Source: Candidatus Iainarchaeum sp.
GTDB lineage: Archaea > Iainarchaeota > Iainarchaeia > Iainarchaeales > CSSED10-239
NCBI GenBank assembly: GCA_028700115.1
Contig: JAQVTI010000011.1
Location: 3,232-35,231 of the forward strand
Length of the DNA stretch: 32,000 bases
Direction: 5' to 3'
Of the stretch, positions 14,001 to 22,159 are shown one piece after another. A program made the translations under genes and the position numbers. Each line of letters starts with the position of its first letter. The first letter of the stretch is position 1. The notes beneath the pieces were generated by a model. That model saw only the letters and a list, made by a program, of their open reading frames with translations. It made no database searches and was not told the origin of the DNA.

Positions 14001-16065
14001 CATCTAATGGAGTTTCTTTTACTGGATACCATTTAAAATTTGCAAAACTTGGATCAACATCATCTAATTTAAAATCAGTTGCTTTTACTTGTTTCATTAT
14101 TCCAGATTTATCTTGATATCCTATATAAATATTAGGGTTATTTGTATATTTGGAAAGATCTATTCTTTCTAAATATTCTCCCTTTGCCATATTAATTTCT
14201 TCTCTATAAACTGGTATTTTTTGTATTTTTCTAGTAACTCCATCAGAAAAAGTTACATCTACAGTTTCAGTTTTAACTGTTTTTGCACCCATTTCATACA
14301 TACCTTTATCAGAATTATATTTAATTTCAAAAGCCTTATTTCCTCCACCAATATCTGTTATCTGTGAAGAGCTTGCTCCTGTTGTTGGTTGAACTTTGTT
14401 TGTCATAACAAGTTCTGTTTTTCCTGTAGTTGGATCTTTATAAAGTGTTTTTCTAGAAGTAATTATTGGATTTTCATTTAAAGGTTTATCCCATTTAACA
14501 GCACTTTCTGTTAAATCATCAATTCTATTTGTTAAGTTTCTAACTTCTGTTGTTTGTTTCATTATAATATCATAATCTGCACTTGAAAGATTTTTATAAA
14601 TATCTCCTGCTTTAGAGTTTGGGTCTTCAATAATTTCTACTAATTTTTTTACAGCAGTATCATAATCTTTATTTTTTATTAAAGACTCTTGTATTGCTTG
14701 AGTCATTTTTAAATTATCTTGATATTTTTGTGCACTTTCAAATAAAACTCTTCTTTGTTGTTTTGTAAGTTTATCAAATTTTCCACCTTTTGAAAATTCT
14801 TTTGCAATTGTGTCTATATTTTTCTTTGAACTTAAAGCATTTGTATATGCTTTATATTCATCATATATACCATATTGATCAACAACTTGTCTTATTTCTT
14901 TTTGAGTTGTTTTTAAATAACTTGTATAATTATCAATATTTTTTGAAGCATTTTTAAACTCAATTGATCTAGTTAAAGCCTTTAGAGGGTTGTCTCCTTC
15001 TGAAAGCATATTGTCAATAAATCCACCTTTTTTTGCATTTATCTTTTTAGAAATATCAAAACCTAATCTATTTTTAGAAAAATTTCCAATATCCCCAAAA
15101 ATCTTAGTTGCACCTTTCCATAAGAAAGGAGATGCTGAAGAAACAACTAAGTCTGCAGAGAAATATTGATTAAACATTTTATCAAATAAAGAATAAACAT
15201 TAATATAACAATTTTCACCTTGACAAGTAGTTTCCATACTTGCATTAAATGTTTGTGTTTTTATACTATTTTCAATTGCATTTTCTAAAAGAACTTGAGA
15301 TTTTTTCATTTCAAACTCAGTTGCATTTTCATCAAATTGAATACTTTTAATATATTCTAATTGTTCATATGACATTTCAGAAAATATACCCATATCTTCA
15401 CTAATTTCAAAATCTGCTTCTGGGTTTATTATATCTCCTGCTTCTTCTTTAATCTTATTAATACCTATCATATCAAGCATATCTTTTCCAACAGATACAA
15501 ATTCATCTTTAAAACCATTATTACCATTTTCTCTAAAAAGACCAACTTCTTCTAAATAACAAGGTTCATTTTCATCTCCACTACATCTTCCAACTCTTAG
15601 AGTGTTTTCTAAATTTATACCATATGAAAAAGGGCCATAACATGCTTGACCTAAAAGTGCAGGCACTTCTAGAGGGTTAATTTCTTGATTTGGCATTTCT
15701 TGTTGCAGCACAACATCATTTGCCTTTGTGTCTTTATTTGTAAGTAATAAATCATTTTCTTCTAAAGTATCTCTGTTTGTGTTTTCTTTTTGATCAGAAC
15801 CAACTAAGTCTACTTTAAATCCAGAAACTAAAAGTTCATCCCATAATCTTTCTACACTTTCAGAATCTAGTTCTTGAGTAAAACACCCAGATCCAAAATC
15901 ATCAATATTATTTATTTCTTCTAGATTAATAGAACAAGTTGAGTATAAAGTTTTATTTTCTTCTAATCTTGTTATATCTACATTAAATGCAAAAACTGAG
16001 TTTATAAACATTAAAAGAAAGAAAAAACTTATTAAATTAAAATATATTTTATTTTTATCAAGCAT
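11074..16065 (-). CDS. Giant (1663 aa) secreted, C-terminally membrane-anchored surface protein of unknown family
   Basis: N-terminal signal peptide (LISFFFLLMFINSVFA/FN). C-terminal Gly/Ser linker plus TM helix and basic tail (GGNSGSESSGFNIPLSPQSNLMLILYIFIIIGAFYIIQKKESYFKK). No catalytic motif recognised. Confidence 0.7.
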   Translation of the reverse strand: MLDKNKIYFNLISFFFLLMFINSVFAFNVDITRLEENKTLYSTCSINLEEINNIDDFGSGCFTQELDSESVERLWDELLVSGFKVDLVGSDQKENTNRDTLEENDLLLTNKDTKANDVVLQQEMPNQEINPLEVPALLGQACYGPFSYGINLENTLRVGRCSGDENEPCYLEEVGLFRENGNNGFKDEFVSVGKDMLDMIGINKIKEEAGDIINPEADFEISEDMGIFSEMSYEQLEYIKSIQFDENATEFEMKKSQVLLENAIENSIKTQTFNASMETTCQGENCYINVYSLFDKMFNQYFSADLVVSSASPFLWKGATKIFGDIGNFSKNRLGFDISKKINAKKGGFIDNMLSEGDNPLKALTRSIEFKNASKNIDNYTSYLKTTQKEIRQVVDQYGIYDEYKAYTNALSSKKNIDTIAKEFSKGGKFDKLTKQQRRVLFESAQKYQDNLKMTQAIQESLIKNKDYDTAVKKLVEIIEDPNSKAGDIYKNLSSADYDIIMKQTTEVRNLTNRIDDLTESAVKWDKPLNENPIITSRKTLYKDPTTGKTELVMTNKVQPTTGASSSQITDIGGGNKAFEIKYNSDKGMYEMGAKTVKTETVDVTFSDGVTRKIQKIPVYREEINMAKGEYLERIDLSKYTNNPNIYIGYQDKSGIMKQVKATDFKLDDVDPSFANFKWYPVKETPLDAKDFGYDPIELAYSYVADGTKMVKDASIVNTSMMDVMNNKGWVSGKGINWINQQMKAPVNGKHTNQAMSLLGNSLNAYALNWAYWEWKTAGASLPFIGDSLSKYSAYQIPETYTSVLINHGEDGDIYKDAYIDYFVNDGSDQGDLFSKYFNSMLFYLVSLTKLGIESVDSKFTNSVDDWIKQITEGHIRRSTVDEVALFTDAENYGCNDNCYVKLGNSSLLEKQTYEKSALKEKILETQKENLEETDISIEEVSSQEPIKDMQIIYSIPGGITVPTYLLENTTEENLEDEGKTLITFSHHTDYGGSISGETDDKTVVLTDAKNNGDTCSQRIDELELIGVPIGWTTKWTGKSYRAGMVSAITSNLAYYAISAPSHRMILGVILGDLIPQTLITPQVQDCVDDEEGYYTHVFVSKNEEERIEKDPKNKIGDAISNGASAIQKNISNMADGTTLKENLSEAAKEVENFAETKIKDNPIVQSRFETIGNTSASVKGMLYFFELGEKSTCRASAYNDKGVEHLTDTSTNETLVIDKDEGKIEIVTEDGTIKNIIDSEHKDWVRLTATNLGIPAKVIPHSLSYIPVPDTNVPLFTMDAYGNITIENVGFLDCFKLNYESQTGLTMQGNSLTDYLGSAKILTTTNITNPTTQYDIMPKTSENNIEIVAEGVPRRSAKGNAAKVTVYGGERFTKMYPIDNQDVRVGQNIAIQFERGQMIYNGETNSYILWVEQTYTMHQSEIEDLDTKVVNYNNEVTGCEEFALDFDVKGKKDSADAQNKADEMNDALEHVGPFQIFDTATKTFIFYTGDPPECEKRMKIIDKETGQIITDQAIDEIIETPDGMIIKTADGKEHNFEFSAEDGVPRLQYNDELETLLSAQGKNGSFWYDPSTGNWYTENGHLIPFNPDFKDGMMFQVGEDGKVVGTTSQNPMNINIGGNSGSESSGFNIPLSPQSNLMLILYIFIIIGAFYIIQKKESYFKK

Positions 16066-16085
16066 ATTTATTACCTATTTAATTT

Positions 16086-16577
16086 TCATACAAAAATTAT
16101 AAACAATATCATAGCGATTAATTTTGGAAAAATTATATTTATTATAATTAATATTAGACAAGCAATTGAAGTTGAAAATAATAATGGTAAAAAATTAATT
16201 TCTTTTTTAGACTTATTAAACTTATCATAAAATAAACTTATAATAAATGCAAATACTAGTAAAATACCTGCAATTAATATATTTGTTATAATTAATCTAA
16301 ACAAATGTAATATTATAAAAAACAAACCTTCAAAGAAAGTATATTGAAAATCAATTGAAATTGTTGGAATAAAATAAATTCCTAGAATTATTACTAATGA
16401 AACTAAATAAATAGTTACAAACATAGAAATTAAAAAACTTTTTTTCTTATTTATTTTTTTAAATAAAAATTTAAATAAGTATACAAAAAGAATTATTGGT
16501 AAAGAAATTAATACACTAACTCCATATAGTTTTATAAAAAACCAAATATAATTAAATATTGTAGAAAGTATATTCAT
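16086..16577 (-). CDS. Small polytopic membrane protein, probably co-transcribed with the giant surface protein
   Basis: About 5 hydrophobic helices. Its stop is 20 nt upstream of the giant protein's ATG on the same strand. Confidence 0.55.
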   Translation of the reverse strand: MNILSTIFNYIWFFIKLYGVSVLISLPIILFVYLFKFLFKKINKKKSFLISMFVTIYLVSLVIILGIYFIPTISIDFQYTFFEGLFFIILHLFRLIITNILIAGILLVFAFIISLFYDKFNKSKKEINFLPLLFSTSIACLILIIINIIFPKLIAMILFIIFV

Positions 16578-16717
16578 AGTTTATCTTTTTAATTTATATT
16601 TTCTTAAATTTAAAATATATATTTTGTGTAAAATATATTTATATATATAAATTGAAACATTTATAAGCATTATTATCTAAATATATTTGTAATTTTTATT
16701 AAAATATATATATAGGT

Positions 16718-17470
16718 ATGGAATTTATGAATAAATCTGATATTATTAGAAGAGAGAGAAGACACTATAGAAGATATGTAAATGGAAATATAGTGTATGA
16801 ACCAGCTCCTGTTGATGGGCATAAAGAAAGTACTTATGATAATAAGTTTAAAAATAATTATAAAATGAAAAAAGAAGAAGGAAGAATTACAAGTCTTGCT
16901 GAATTAGCTGATGAAAATATAAAAACAAAGTTTCCTAAAAAAGATCAAGTTATTGAAAAAACTTTACATGAATTATCAGATATGATAAATCCTGATTCTT
17001 CAGAAATTGCAGATGCTTTATATAATCAATTTAAGAATACTGCATTAAATATTAAACAACAAGAAATAAAAAAAGCAATTGATAATAATAAACATTTTAG
17101 AGCAAGTAGTGATCAAAATAAAAATTTAGAAATAAAAGATATAAAAGCAGTTGTTGAAGATGTTTATGTTCAAGTTGAAAAAGAAGCAATCAAGAATAAG
17201 TCTATAGAAAAGGATAAAAGTGATGTAAAAGAAGCAATCACAAAAGAAATTTCTAAAGATAAAAATAAATCTTTTAAAAAAGAAGAACCAAAAGAAGAAA
17301 AAACTTCTATAAGATCTAGAAAAAAATCTATAGAAAAAGAAGAAGTTAAAGAAATTAAACCTTCTAAGAAAAAAGAAAAAGTTTCTGGAAATGATCTTTT
17401 TGGTGATAATGATTTAGATTTAGATGATAATGATTTAGATTCTGATGATGATTTAGGACTTAAATTTTAA
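16718..17470 (+). CDS. Lys/Glu-rich, probably disordered protein with an Arg-rich N-terminus and a poly-acidic C-terminal tail
   Basis: N-terminus RRERRHYRRY, a long K/E low-complexity region, and the C-terminus DLFGDNDLDLDDNDLDSDDDLGLKF. No family recognised. Confidence 0.55.
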   Translation: MEFMNKSDIIRRERRHYRRYVNGNIVYEPAPVDGHKESTYDNKFKNNYKMKKEEGRITSLAELADENIKTKFPKKDQVIEKTLHELSDMINPDSSEIADALYNQFKNTALNIKQQEIKKAIDNNKHFRASSDQNKNLEIKDIKAVVEDVYVQVEKEAIKNKSIEKDKSDVKEAITKEISKDKNKSFKKEEPKEEKTSIRSRKKSIEKEEVKEIKPSKKKEKVSGNDLFGDNDLDLDDNDLDSDDDLGLKF

Positions 17471-17489
17471 TTTTATAAAAATTAAAAAA

Positions 17490-18275
17490 TTAATCATTAT
17501 AAATTTTACAATTTAATTTTTCTAATTCTTTTTGAGCTATGCTTTTATTAGCTGGCCAAATTGCAAAAGTTGAAGTTATTTCTAATTCAGTTTCATCTCT
17601 ACCTTCTTTTGCAGTAAAAGTTAAAGGAACAGAAGAAGCATGTATATCATTTGCTTTTGAAATAACTTCTCTTATATCATTATAATTTAAAGGATCGCAT
17701 AAATAATATTTTGAAAGACCCATATTTATATCATTTAATTTATAGGTTTTATTAGAATCATTTTCTGAGTTTTCAAAATCAGTTATTTTTAACATAATAT
17801 ATTCAAATTTTTGATCATTTGTATTATATAAATAAAAAGTAAAATCATAACTAGGAAGAGGCATCATAACTGATTTTATTGTGTGAAATAAATTATATTT
17901 TGCAATATCATCAGGATTTGACACATCTGGATTTGGAATATCTTCATCTATTGGATTAAACATATAATTTAAATCACCAGAACCTATATGTTTATCAGGA
18001 TAAAAATCTGTTTTTACTGCTGTCATTAGATAATCAATTTCTTCACTTTCAAATATGTTTTTATTATAATCTAAAGGAATTTCTGAATAAAATATAGTTT
18101 TTAAAGCAGAATTTGAATATTCTTTAAAATATAAATTATTTATTGCAAGATCTACTCTATCTCCATAGCTTGCTGAATATTTAAAAAGCATTACAGTTAG
18201 AACTATAATTATTGTTAAGAAAAATAAAGCATCTGTAATTGCAGCTTGTGCTTTTTGTCTTTTTAATTTATTCAT
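17490..18275 (-). CDS. Archaeal type IV pilin-like protein (class III signal peptide)
   Basis: MNKLKRQKAQAAITDALFFLTIIIVLTVMLF is a basic stretch, then KAQ, then a hydrophobic helix. Last gene of the pilin run. Confidence 0.6.
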   Translation of the reverse strand: MNKLKRQKAQAAITDALFFLTIIIVLTVMLFKYSASYGDRVDLAINNLYFKEYSNSALKTIFYSEIPLDYNKNIFESEEIDYLMTAVKTDFYPDKHIGSGDLNYMFNPIDEDIPNPDVSNPDDIAKYNLFHTIKSVMMPLPSYDFTFYLYNTNDQKFEYIMLKITDFENSENDSNKTYKLNDINMGLSKYYLCDPLNYNDIREVISKANDIHASSVPLTFTAKEGRDETELEITSTFAIWPANKSIAQKELEKLNCKIYND

Positions 18276-18298
18276 ATTTTTTCAAAATTTATTTTTAT

Positions 18299-18856
18299 TT
18301 ATTCCCATACAGCAACATATAGCCTTACAGGAACTGCATGATATTCTATTTGTAAATTAATAGGGTAAACATAAACTAAGACTTTATGTTTTTCATCTTG
18401 GGTTTTTACTTTTGTTTTAAATTTATCTAAATTTTTAGAAGTATTTGGACAGTAAAATATATTTTGTTCTGAATTTGGATCATATATATTTTCATCTAGA
18501 ACAATTATTTGTGTATTATCTTCATCATTTGTTAATAGAAATTCTAAATCTACCTCATTGTAATTATCTAAATCTTGGGGTAGGTCTATTAAAAAGGCAG
18601 TCCAGTTTCTGTTTGTGTTTACTTTATTACATATGTTTGTAAAATGATTATAATCTATTATAACTGGTTCTGATCTTAAAGTCATAGAAATATCTATTGC
18701 ATCTTGATGTAAATCAAAGTTTTGAGTTTCTGTTTTATAATTATTATATGTGCTTAAAAATACTGAAAAAAAAATTAATAGACCTATGAATATAGGTATT
18801 AGACTTGGAAGATCATCCCCTATTGCACCAATATAACCTTTTTGTTTTTTTTTCAT
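18299..18856 (-). CDS. Archaeal type IV pilin-like protein
   Basis: MKKKQKGYIGAIGDDLPSLIPIFIGLLIFFSVFL. ATG 18856 lies 7 nt after the upstream stop and is preferred over the track start at 18892, which would overlap the upstream gene. Confidence 0.55.
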   Translation of the reverse strand: MKKKQKGYIGAIGDDLPSLIPIFIGLLIFFSVFLSTYNNYKTETQNFDLHQDAIDISMTLRSEPVIIDYNHFTNICNKVNTNRNWTAFLIDLPQDLDNYNEVDLEFLLTNDEDNTQIIVLDENIYDPNSEQNIFYCPNTSKNLDKFKTKVKTQDEKHKVLVYVYPINLQIEYHAVPVRLYVAVWE

Positions 18857-18863
18857 ATTTAAT

Positions 18864-19532
18864 CTAACCATTATTAGGTTCATTATATTCATTTATACAA
18901 ATATCTACAGACTTACAACTTACATCTTCAAACATAGAATCATCGCAAACTATCTTTTTACATGTAAGAATACCATTTTGTTTTGCACAAGGCAATATAT
19001 AATAATTGTCTTGTCCTTCTATTTTATTTTTGATTAGAATAAGAGTAGAATCATTACTTTTTACTCTTAATGTATCATATATTCCATAATCTTGTTTAGA
19101 ACTCCAATTACTACTATTATCATATGGATGCTCTGCATTATAAAAGGTAAAATCTCCATTAAAATCTATATCATATGCACCATATATTTTATCTTGTTTT
19201 TGATTTAAAATAGATATGACTAGTTTTTTATTATAATTATTTTCTGGATTTTCTTTTTCAAGTTCCATAATATTTAGGACATATGCTTTGTTAAATGTAG
19301 TAGTTGAGCTTTGTCCACTTTTAATTCTTGTTGGGATATCTATATATTTGATAGAGCAATAACTCTCACTATCTGTAATTAATTTAATATCTCTACCTAT
19401 ATTATAAGCTAATTCATAACTTTGTCTAGTTTGTAGATTTGAATTTACTGTATTCATAAAAAAAAGAATAATTGCAGCAATTGCTGTTGCAAATAAAAGC
19501 ATATTAAGTTTTGATAAAGCAAATTCAAACAT
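18864..19532 (-). CDS. Pilus-associated protein with an N-terminal hydrophobic helix (atypical signal), Cys-rich C-terminus
   Basis: MFEFALSKLNMLLFATAIAAIILFF lacks the K-[AG]-Q site seen in its neighbours but sits inside the pilin gene run. The C-terminal third has 6 Cys. Confidence 0.4.
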   Translation of the reverse strand: MFEFALSKLNMLLFATAIAAIILFFMNTVNSNLQTRQSYELAYNIGRDIKLITDSESYCSIKYIDIPTRIKSGQSSTTTFNKAYVLNIMELEKENPENNYNKKLVISILNQKQDKIYGAYDIDFNGDFTFYNAEHPYDNSSNWSSKQDYGIYDTLRVKSNDSTLILIKNKIEGQDNYYILPCAKQNGILTCKKIVCDDSMFEDVSCKSVDICINEYNEPNNG

Positions 19533-19547
19533 TTTTTAATCACTAAT

Positions 19548-20162
19548 TTATTTTTTTCTTAAAAGACAAATTTGTATATTACTTGAATTTGTATTTGTCT
19601 TTTTAAACATTCTATATTTTCCAGGAGGAAGACCTATTGGAGATCCATCAGATGAATCTTTTGGATTCCATACTTGCCATAAATCTTCAGATATTTCATC
19701 TTCAGATAAGCATTCATCAGGAGTTGTTGCAAAATTTATAGTTGTTGGAAGATGTGTGCAGATTGGTTCAATTGGATATTTATAATCAAAAGTATCTTTA
19801 TCTTCATAAGTATATTCTAATAATAAACAACTATCTCCCCCACCACAATAAGTTCCGCATTTTCCTTTATCATCATATGCATTAAGTCTTACATATTCAT
19901 ATCTTTGATTAAAACACGCTTTTGTATCTAAAGATATATTTCTAATTACTAGATCTGAGCCTAAGACAACATCTCTTAGAGAAGAATTAAAATTACTAAG
20001 TTCTTCTTTTTTATCTCCAAGGCATGTGCTTTGTTGTAAATTTTTAAGAGCATAAGTTCCTGCTAGAATAACAAAACCCATAATTATGATTGCAACTAGA
20101 AGTTCAAAAGGAGCACCTATTTGTGCTTTTTGTTTATTATATTTTTTTTTAACAAATATCAT
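19548..20162 (-). CDS. Archaeal type IV pilin-like protein, Cys-rich
   Basis: KKKYNKQKAQIGAPFELLVAIIIMGFVILAGTY class III signal; 10 Cys in the globular part. Confidence 0.6.
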   Translation of the reverse strand: MIFVKKKYNKQKAQIGAPFELLVAIIIMGFVILAGTYALKNLQQSTCLGDKKEELSNFNSSLRDVVLGSDLVIRNISLDTKACFNQRYEYVRLNAYDDKGKCGTYCGGGDSCLLLEYTYEDKDTFDYKYPIEPICTHLPTTINFATTPDECLSEDEISEDLWQVWNPKDSSDGSPIGLPPGKYRMFKKTNTNSSNIQICLLRKK

Positions 20163-20225
20163 ATTATAAAGATAGTATAAAGTATTAAAAAAACTTTTGT
20201 TTTTATTTAGAAAAACAAGAAAAAG

Positions 20226-20250
20226 AAAATAGTTTAAAATAAACTATTTT
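20226..20250 (-). terminator. Perfect 11-bp hairpin plus T-rich tract immediately after the short pilin gene
   Basis: aaaatagttta (20226-20236) / aaa / taaactatttt (20240-20250). On the minus-strand RNA it is followed by CUUUUUCUUGUUUUUCU. It abuts the stop codon at 20250-20252. Confidence 0.5.
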
Positions 20251-20447
20251 TATTCAGAAGTTACTGTTTGGTTTGGAAGATTTGCTTTTTGAGAAGACGC
20301 TTTTACTGATTTATTAAACATAGGCTTAACTACTGCAATTAGAATAATTGCAATAATTGCAACAATTATTATCATAAATATAGAATTTGACTCACCTTGA
20401 GCTTTTTCTTCATTTATGAATTTAATAAATTCTTTTTTTAATCTCAT
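20250..20447 (-). CDS. Very short (65 aa) pilin-like protein: class III signal plus one hydrophobic helix plus a short tail
   Basis: MRLKKEFIKFINEEKAQGESNSIFMIIIVAIIAIILIAVVKPMF... The predicted mature part is about 50 aa, which is Flp-like in size. Confidence 0.55.
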   Translation of the reverse strand: MRLKKEFIKFINEEKAQGESNSIFMIIIVAIIAIILIAVVKPMFNKSVKASSQKANLPNQTVTSE

Positions 20448-20476
20448 ATCTTCTCAAAAACCATTTTTAATTAAAT

Positions 20477-21007
20477 CTATATTTTCTTAGGGAAAATTAC
20501 ACAAACTGTGGCATCTGTTTCTCCAAACTCTTCATATGTGTCTAATTCTACTAAATCATAATCATTAATAATTTTAATTAGAGAGTTAGAACTATCTGCA
20601 CATAAAATACCAAATTTAAATTTTGTATTTTCAGAACTTTTCATTTTTAAAGTCTTTCCAGTTGTATATGTATCACTAGAACCAATTGCAAAGAAATTAT
20701 CATTTCCTGCTATGTCAAAATATACTTGATTAGAATCAATTCCAGTTCCTGCAACTATTGAAGATGTTGAAACAAATTCAGTGTTTTTTGAAGAAACTTT
20801 TACTTCGTCTGTATAAGCTAAATTCCCATAATTAGAAACTTGTGTTTTTAGAGTTGTATTAATTGAATCAGTTACATCTCCACCAATATTTATGTTTTTT
20901 GTAATCATTGGAAGAAGTACTCCTAAAATTGCAAGAGCAACAACAGCTGCAATTAATAATTGAAATGTAGAAAAGGCTTGTCCTTTTTCTTTTAATTTAT
21001 TAAACAT
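20477..21007 (-). CDS. Archaeal type IV pilin, candidate major pilin
   Basis: MFNKLKEKGQAFSTFQLLIAAVVALAILGVLL is a K-G-Q class III site. It has its own 110-nt upstream region and the strongest RBS in the locus (AGGAGG). Confidence 0.7.
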   Translation of the reverse strand: MFNKLKEKGQAFSTFQLLIAAVVALAILGVLLPMITKNINIGGDVTDSINTTLKTQVSNYGNLAYTDEVKVSSKNTEFVSTSSIVAGTGIDSNQVYFDIAGNDNFFAIGSSDTYTTGKTLKMKSSENTKFKFGILCADSSNSLIKIINDYDLVELDTYEEFGETDATVCVIFPKKI

Positions 21008-21014
21008 TTTTTTT

Positions 21015-21020
21015 CCTCCT
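21015..21020 (-). promoter_or_regulatory. Shine-Dalgarno AGGAGG for the candidate major pilin
   Basis: cctcct on the plus strand at 21015-21020, 7 nt upstream of the ATG (21005-21007, minus strand). Confidence 0.6.
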
Positions 21021-21117
21021 AATAAAAAATTAAATAACTTTTTTTATTAAATATAATATATAACTAATATTAAAGAAAATCAAAACTTATTTAAATATTT
21101 TTATTTTCTTCATTTTC

Positions 21118-21615
21118 TTAAATTATTAGATAAATGTAATTTATTGTGTAAGTAATTATACTTGGAATAACTAACATAAATATGATGTCTCTTAATTTAA
21201 TATGTGTATCTATTTCATTATATTCTATTATGTTTGAATTATATTTACTTTTAGAATATTTTATTTTTTTATTTAAAACTAATAAGTTCCAAAAAGTTCC
21301 AAATAAAACCGCATTAATTACCCAGACTAAGATAATTTTTGTAATTGGATTAACTATTTTATTTATTAAATTCCAAGATATTAAAGTTATAAAAATACTT
21401 AAAAAACTAGAAAATAACATATAAAAAAACAATTTAAAATTTTTATTTGCAAAAAGATAGAGTCCTTTTGTAAAAAACATACTTATTATAAAAAATATTG
21501 TCATTAAAGCTATAATTATACCTATAACTAAAAGAATAATTGTACCAAACAAATAACCACAAACTAGAATAATTATTGCAAATAAAAAATATTTTAATGT
21601 GTTTTTTAAATTCAT
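21118..21615 (-). CDS. Small polytopic membrane protein inside the pilus locus
   Basis: About 5 TM helices. Its start is 2 nt after the upstream pilin-like gene's stop. No prepilin-peptidase Asp/GxGD motifs. Confidence 0.5.
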   Translation of the reverse strand: MNLKNTLKYFLFAIIILVCGYLFGTIILLVIGIIIALMTIFFIISMFFTKGLYLFANKNFKLFFYMLFSSFLSIFITLISWNLINKIVNPITKIILVWVINAVLFGTFWNLLVLNKKIKYSKSKYNSNIIEYNEIDTHIKLRDIIFMLVIPSIITYTINYIYLII

Positions 21616-21617
21616 AT

Positions 21618-22148
21618 TTAATTGCCTTCCTTATATATTTCATCAGGAGCATTTTTGTTTAGAAATAAAACAATAAATTTTTCACAATCCTCTGTGTTTT
21701 TTTCTAATAAATTATAAATACTAGAAGGTTCATCTGAATTTGAGATATTACAATAAATAGTTACATCCATATCTAAGTTTCTTTCAGTAATTTCATAAAT
21801 TAATTCATTTGATTCTGCAATAGGTTCAATTCCTGGACCATTATCTATACCTATACATCCTTTTTCAATACCAGTTATTCCAGAAATCCATTCTTTTGAA
21901 ATTGTGCCCTTTAATTTTAAATCTTCAATAATATATTTACTTTGTGTACTTATTCCAGGAGCTTTACTTGCAGAAATAATTCCTTCTTCTAATTTTTGTT
22001 GACTAATAATAATTGCTTTATTATTAATATTTCTAACCATTACTAAAATAATAGAAAGAATAGCAACAGTTATTACAAAAGCAATTAAAAGTCTAAAAGA
22101 TTCTTCAGCTTGAGCTTTTTGTTTTTTTGTAAATAAATTAAAATCCAT
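21618..22148 (-). CDS. Archaeal type IV pilin-like protein
   Basis: MDFNLFTKKQKAQAEESFRLLIAFVITVAILSIILVMV. It directly follows the platform gene, with an 11-nt gap. Confidence 0.6.
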   Translation of the reverse strand: MDFNLFTKKQKAQAEESFRLLIAFVITVAILSIILVMVRNINNKAIIISQQKLEEGIISASKAPGISTQSKYIIEDLKLKGTISKEWISGITGIEKGCIGIDNGPGIEPIAESNELIYEITERNLDMDVTIYCNISNSDEPSSIYNLLEKNTEDCEKFIVLFLNKNAPDEIYKEGN

Positions 22149-22159
22149 ATTAATTAACC

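Noticed and set aside
21118-21615. The 165-aa membrane protein in the pilus locus as the missing prepilin peptidase
   Set aside because: It is shorter than FlaK/PibD/EppA-type peptidases and lacks the two catalytic Asp motifs (including GxGD). Its only Asp residues are in the C-terminal loop.
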